A model generated the notes under the pieces. That model was not told where the DNA came from, ran no database searches, and saw nothing but the letters and a program-made list of their open reading frames with translations. A stretch of 20,000 bases of DNA from an uncultured virus (IMG/VR IMGVR_UViG_3300031975_000839) (Duplodnaviria > Heunggongvirae > Uroviricota > Caudoviricetes). Positions 17,345 through 20,000 of this stretch are shown here, piece after piece (position 1 is the stretch's first letter; the number at the start of each line of letters is the position of its first letter). The position numbers and the translations under genes were made by a program. The DNA lies in the IMG/VR virus record IMGVR_UViG_3300031975_000839, one strand, 5' to 3'.

Positions 17345-17899
17345 CTATCCTATTTTTTCAAATGTAACTGTTGTGTATGCAAGTGTTGAGCTACCAAGAA
17401 CATAATTACTATTATTGCTGTGTCCTTTAAACCATTGATAAAATATTTTATCAGTAGATGTATTTTCACATTTAAAAGATGTCACATAAGAGCCAGTTAG
17501 CCGCATGTCATTATCTTCAATATTTTGAGTATTATTCAACACACTAATACTAGTAGAATTATTATCTTTAGTTGCTTTTAAAAACCACTGAGCTTGCCTT
17601 AATTGAGTACCACTAGAATAATAAAATGACCAATTACCACTTATCTTCCATAGTCCAGTTTTTGGAAAAGAAAATAAGCCACTTGTTGAATCAAATGACA
17701 TTGCATCACCTTTAGTTGCACCACTCTGAAACTCGCTAGATAATGTAGTTTCTCTACTAAAATTAAGAATTGGTGTTGATCTATCCAAAAAATTACTTGT
17801 CAGCCACCAGACATCAACATTAGTTGTTTCAATTGAAGTATCCTCAACATTTGTAAAGAAATCACTTGAGCCGTGTCGTAATGTATTATAATCACTCAT
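17345..17899 (-). CDS. Hypothetical C1q/TNF-like beta-sandwich protein (paralog 3 of 3)
   Basis: 184 aa. VDVWWL, SGLFSFPKTGLWKIS and terminal TFEKIG motifs shared with the two upstream ORFs. Ends 2 nt before the gp5 start. Confidence 0.75.
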   Translation of the reverse strand: MSDYNTLRHGSSDFFTNVEDTSIETTNVDVWWLTSNFLDRSTPILNFSRETTLSSEFQSGATKGDAMSFDSTSGLFSFPKTGLWKISGNWSFYYSSGTQLRQAQWFLKATKDNNSTSISVLNNTQNIEDNDMRLTGSYVTSFKCENTSTDKIFYQWFKGHSNNSNYVLGSSTLAYTTVTFEKIG

Positions 17900-18434
17900 T
17901 TATTGAATCACCTATCCTTTCAAAAACTGCAAATGTTCTATTTGGTAGAGTTGAATCACCTCTTACATGATTAGTTCCAGCAGCACCCACTATTCCCATA
18001 GCATAAAGATGTGTAGAAACATTTGGTATGTCAACTGTCATTTGGCTTGTTGTTACTGTTTCATATCCCTCAACTTCTACATAGGCTCTGTCTTTTAAAA
18101 GTCTATTATTTGTAGAACCACCATCAGCGCTGAGATAATGGTAAATGTCTATTATATCACCATCACTGTTTCTTGCATAAATCCACGCACTTAGAGATAT
18201 AGAGTAAATGCCTGTGCGTGGAAAAGTCCAGTATCCAGTTGTTGAACTAACAGACATTGCAGTTCCCTTATGAGCGGTATAAACATCTCCTCCACTCGTT
18301 AAGGTATTTGTCCAATTTTTAAAAAAAGTAGTTCCAGAGTGGTCTGAGTTTAAATGCCAATAATCTATGATTTTTAAAGTAGTATTATCACCACCTCTTT
18401 TTCTACCATATCTTTGTCTATCATATCTAGGCAT
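17892..18434 (-). CDS. Hypothetical C1q/TNF-like beta-sandwich protein (paralog 2 of 3)
   Basis: 180 aa. IDYWHL, TGYWTFPRTGIYSIS and VFERIGD motifs. 8-nt overlap with the next gene. Confidence 0.75.
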   Translation of the reverse strand: MPRYDRQRYGRKRGGDNTTLKIIDYWHLNSDHSGTTFFKNWTNTLTSGGDVYTAHKGTAMSVSSTTGYWTFPRTGIYSISLSAWIYARNSDGDIIDIYHYLSADGGSTNNRLLKDRAYVEVEGYETVTTSQMTVDIPNVSTHLYAMGIVGAAGTNHVRGDSTLPNRTFAVFERIGDSINE

Positions 18435-18435
18435 A

Positions 18436-19056
18436 TTACAATTCTCCTATTTTTCTAAAAATGAGATGAGATTCATTTTCATACGCAGTGCTTCCATAGA
18501 TATTGTTAGTTGACTCATTATTGGATATATACGCTGCAAATCTATCAGTTGATGTATTAGTCACAGCAGCAACCATAGATGGGGATTGTGAAAATTGATG
18601 CCCATGGCCTTCTACATAACTCCTACTGTACCAGCGGTTATAAAAATTAGTGCCACCATCAGTAGACCAATAGAAACCAAAATTAAGATCATCTGCGTTA
18701 CTTGTTGTTTGACTTATTGCAAAATGACCTTCTATTCTGTAAATGCCTTTAGTAGGAAAAGTAAACATAGGGTAAGTGCCTGTGCTGTCAAACTGAATAC
18801 CAGTAGCTTCAGCATTGCCTGTTGAAGTGTTCTGGATTCTCTTTGGAGCTGTTTGCCCCATCAATCTAACTTCAGTAAGACTTGGATTAGTTGTAGACGA
18901 GTAATTAGTTGTATTATCATTTGTTCCTACCTTTTCCCAAGTCTGAGTTGCAGTTGAGCTGTTATAGGCAGCTTGTAAAAGAAATACATCAACTAATGCT
19001 TGATTTGGAGTTCCCCACAATCTTCTTCCGTATCTTTGCTGATTATAATTTGGCAT
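18436..19056 (-). CDS. Hypothetical C1q/TNF-like beta-sandwich protein (paralog 1 of 3)
   Basis: 206 aa. VDVFLL, MFTFPTKGIYRIE and IFRKIGE motifs. Preceded by a late promoter. Confidence 0.75.
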   Translation of the reverse strand: MPNYNQQRYGRRLWGTPNQALVDVFLLQAAYNSSTATQTWEKVGTNDNTTNYSSTTNPSLTEVRLMGQTAPKRIQNTSTGNAEATGIQFDSTGTYPMFTFPTKGIYRIEGHFAISQTTSNADDLNFGFYWSTDGGTNFYNRWYSRSYVEGHGHQFSQSPSMVAAVTNTSTDRFAAYISNNESTNNIYGSTAYENESHLIFRKIGEL

Positions 19057-19083
19057 ACTTTTTTTTCTCTTTTTTTTATTTAT

Positions 19084-19091
19084 TATTTATA
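19084..19091 (-). promoter_or_regulatory. T4-type late promoter TATAAATA driving the paralog trio and gp5
   Basis: Perfect TATAAATA overlapping the stop codon of the 43-aa ORF (GGA ATA TAA ATA), followed by an A-rich leader and the ATG at 19056. Confidence 0.8.
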
Positions 19092-19218
19092 TTCCATAGT
19101 AATATCTTAAGATAATTCTTAATCCTATGAAAGAAATGAAAAGTGGAGTGCATGCCCAAATCCAAAATACCCAATGATGCAATCTGGATTTTTTTCTACT
19201 CCTATGAATGTTATTCAT
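19087..19218 (-). CDS. Small predicted single-pass membrane protein (43 aa)
   Basis: Manual translation: MNNIHRSRKKSRLHHWVFWIWACTPLFISFIGLRIILRYYYGI. ATGA overlap with the upstream 62-aa ORF; basic N-terminus followed by a hydrophobic stretch. Confidence 0.6.
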   Translation of the reverse strand: MNNIHRSRKKSRLHHWVFWIWACTPLFISFIGLRIILRYYYGI

Positions 19219-19403
19219 TTATCTCTAGTTTTTGGGGGTAGGGCTTTATTCATATACTGCAAGAATTTAAATGATTCTTGCTGAGTAGAGAAAAACTTTA
19301 CTGGGCGCCCGTCTGGAACTCCCTCATTTTCATTAGATAAAGTCATCTCCCAAAACCCTAATCTGTTTTGATATACGCACCATTTTTCTAATTTATCCCT
19401 CAT
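19215..19403 (-). CDS. Hypothetical protein (62 aa)
   Basis: ORF-track entry on the coding strand, directly after a TATAAATA and ATGA-coupled to the next ORF. Confidence 0.65.
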   Translation of the reverse strand: MRDKLEKWCVYQNRLGFWEMTLSNENEGVPDGRPVKFFSTQQESFKFLQYMNKALPPKTRDK

Positions 19404-19407
19404 GGGA

Positions 19408-19560
19408 TTATTTATATTTTTGAGGTATCCTTAAATTGTTTGCGTAAGAGTTTGGTATGGTGTATGATGCAAAAGATTTTGATTGATAATTGTAATCATT
19501 GTATATGGGTTTTCCATATTTATCTCTAGGTATTTCTGGTGCAAATGTATACTTTTTCAT
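19408..19560 (-). CDS. Hypothetical protein (50 aa)
   Basis: Manual translation: MKKYTFAPEIPRDKYGKPIYNDYNYQSKSFASYTIPNSYANNLRIPQKYK. ATGA overlap with the upstream ORF. Confidence 0.55.
   Translation of the reverse strand: MKKYTFAPEIPRDKYGKPIYNDYNYQSKSFASYTIPNSYANNLRIPQKYK
19409..19416 (-). promoter_or_regulatory. T4-type late promoter TATAAATA
   Basis: Perfect TATAAATA formed by the last codons of the 50-aa ORF (TAT AAA TAA), 5 nt before the ATG at 19403. Confidence 0.7.
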
Positions 19561-19718
19561 TTTATAAAATCTTTTAACGCTCCTATTTGAACTTGTATTT
19601 CATAAATTAAATCTTCAAGAGATGTATTTTCTGTGCATGATTCAACTGCTAACTCATCTAATTTGTTTTCAATTTCATTAATCTTATCTAGGAAAATTAA
19701 GACTTGCTCGTTTGTCAT
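19557..19718 (-). CDS. Hypothetical acidic coiled-coil-like protein (53 aa)
   Basis: Manual translation: MTNEQVLIFLDKINEIENKLDELAVESCTENTSLEDLIYEIQVQIGALKDFIK. Starts 14 nt after the uvsX stop and has an amphipathic helical pattern. Confidence 0.6.
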   Translation of the reverse strand: MTNEQVLIFLDKINEIENKLDELAVESCTENTSLEDLIYEIQVQIGALKDFIK

Positions 19719-19732
19719 ACTCGTATTTAGTC

Positions 19733-20000
19733 TTATCCATATTTAAATTCTTTTGATGCAGCTTCATTAAGCAAGTCCATAATGTCTTGCGTAAAGTATT
19801 TCTCTGGCTCATTGTTGATAGTTTTTGCGTATTGCTTTGTTCCGTCTGGTAATTCAATGCGAGTAGAGACTTGCTTGAACATTCCGTACTTTAGCGCTAA
19901 GTCTAACAGTCCGTAATACTTATCCAATCCTTTATTATAGGTTAAGCTAACATCAACCATTTTATTTTCTTGCGTTAATCTTTACTTATGATTCTTGCAA
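19733..20000 (-). CDS. uvsX: UvsX RecA-like recombinase, 3' end (5'-partial; in-frame TAA at 19984-19982)
   Basis: [69 protein letters not shown]...AASKEFKYG matches the C-terminus of T4-like UvsX (GLDxYYGLLxL, PEKYFT, terminal EFxYG). Confidence 0.88.

Noticed and set aside
17345..19056. Paralog trio as diversity-generating retroelement targets
   Set aside because: No reverse transcriptase and no template/variable repeat pair with adenine-specific mismatches is visible in the window. Divergence is spread throughout the genes.
805..19115. Numerous plus-strand ORFs (60-152 aa) and short alternative-frame minus ORFs in the track
   Set aside because: All overlap well-supported minus-strand genes. 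They are shadows of codon bias (Ser/Pro/Val-rich), with no recognisable motifs.
19724..19731. ACTAAATA after the uvsX stop as a variant late promoter
   Set aside because: It deviates from the perfect TATAAATA used four times here and is easily found by chance in AT-rich DNA. Possible, but not supportable.
19982..19984. Stop-codon reassignment as the explanation for the uvsX TAA
   Set aside because: TAA correctly terminates gp8, gp7, PAAR, gp6, gp25 and uvsX itself, and the other long genes have no internal stops.

Overview
AT-rich segment of a T4-like myovirus genome, most similar in gene content to marine Kyanoviridae/pelagimyophage-type phages (the host cannot be determined here). All credible genes are on the minus strand. 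In transcription order (right to left): the 3' end of uvsX (carrying an in-frame TAA), four small coupled ORFs, three tandem paralogous C1q/TNF-like proteins, gp5 baseplate hub/spike (C-terminal M15 zinc peptidase, no T4-type lysozyme), gp25, gp6, a 452-aa unknown protein, a PAAR (gp5.4-like) tip, a very large acidic-repeat gp7, gp8, and a >1570-aa DUF4815/VrlC-like structural protein that runs off the left edge. The VrlC-like protein contains the start of an in-frame Hint/intein domain, which the ORF track does not show. Four perfect T4 late promoters (TATAAATA) punctuate the region. All family calls come from motif recognition, not from database searches.
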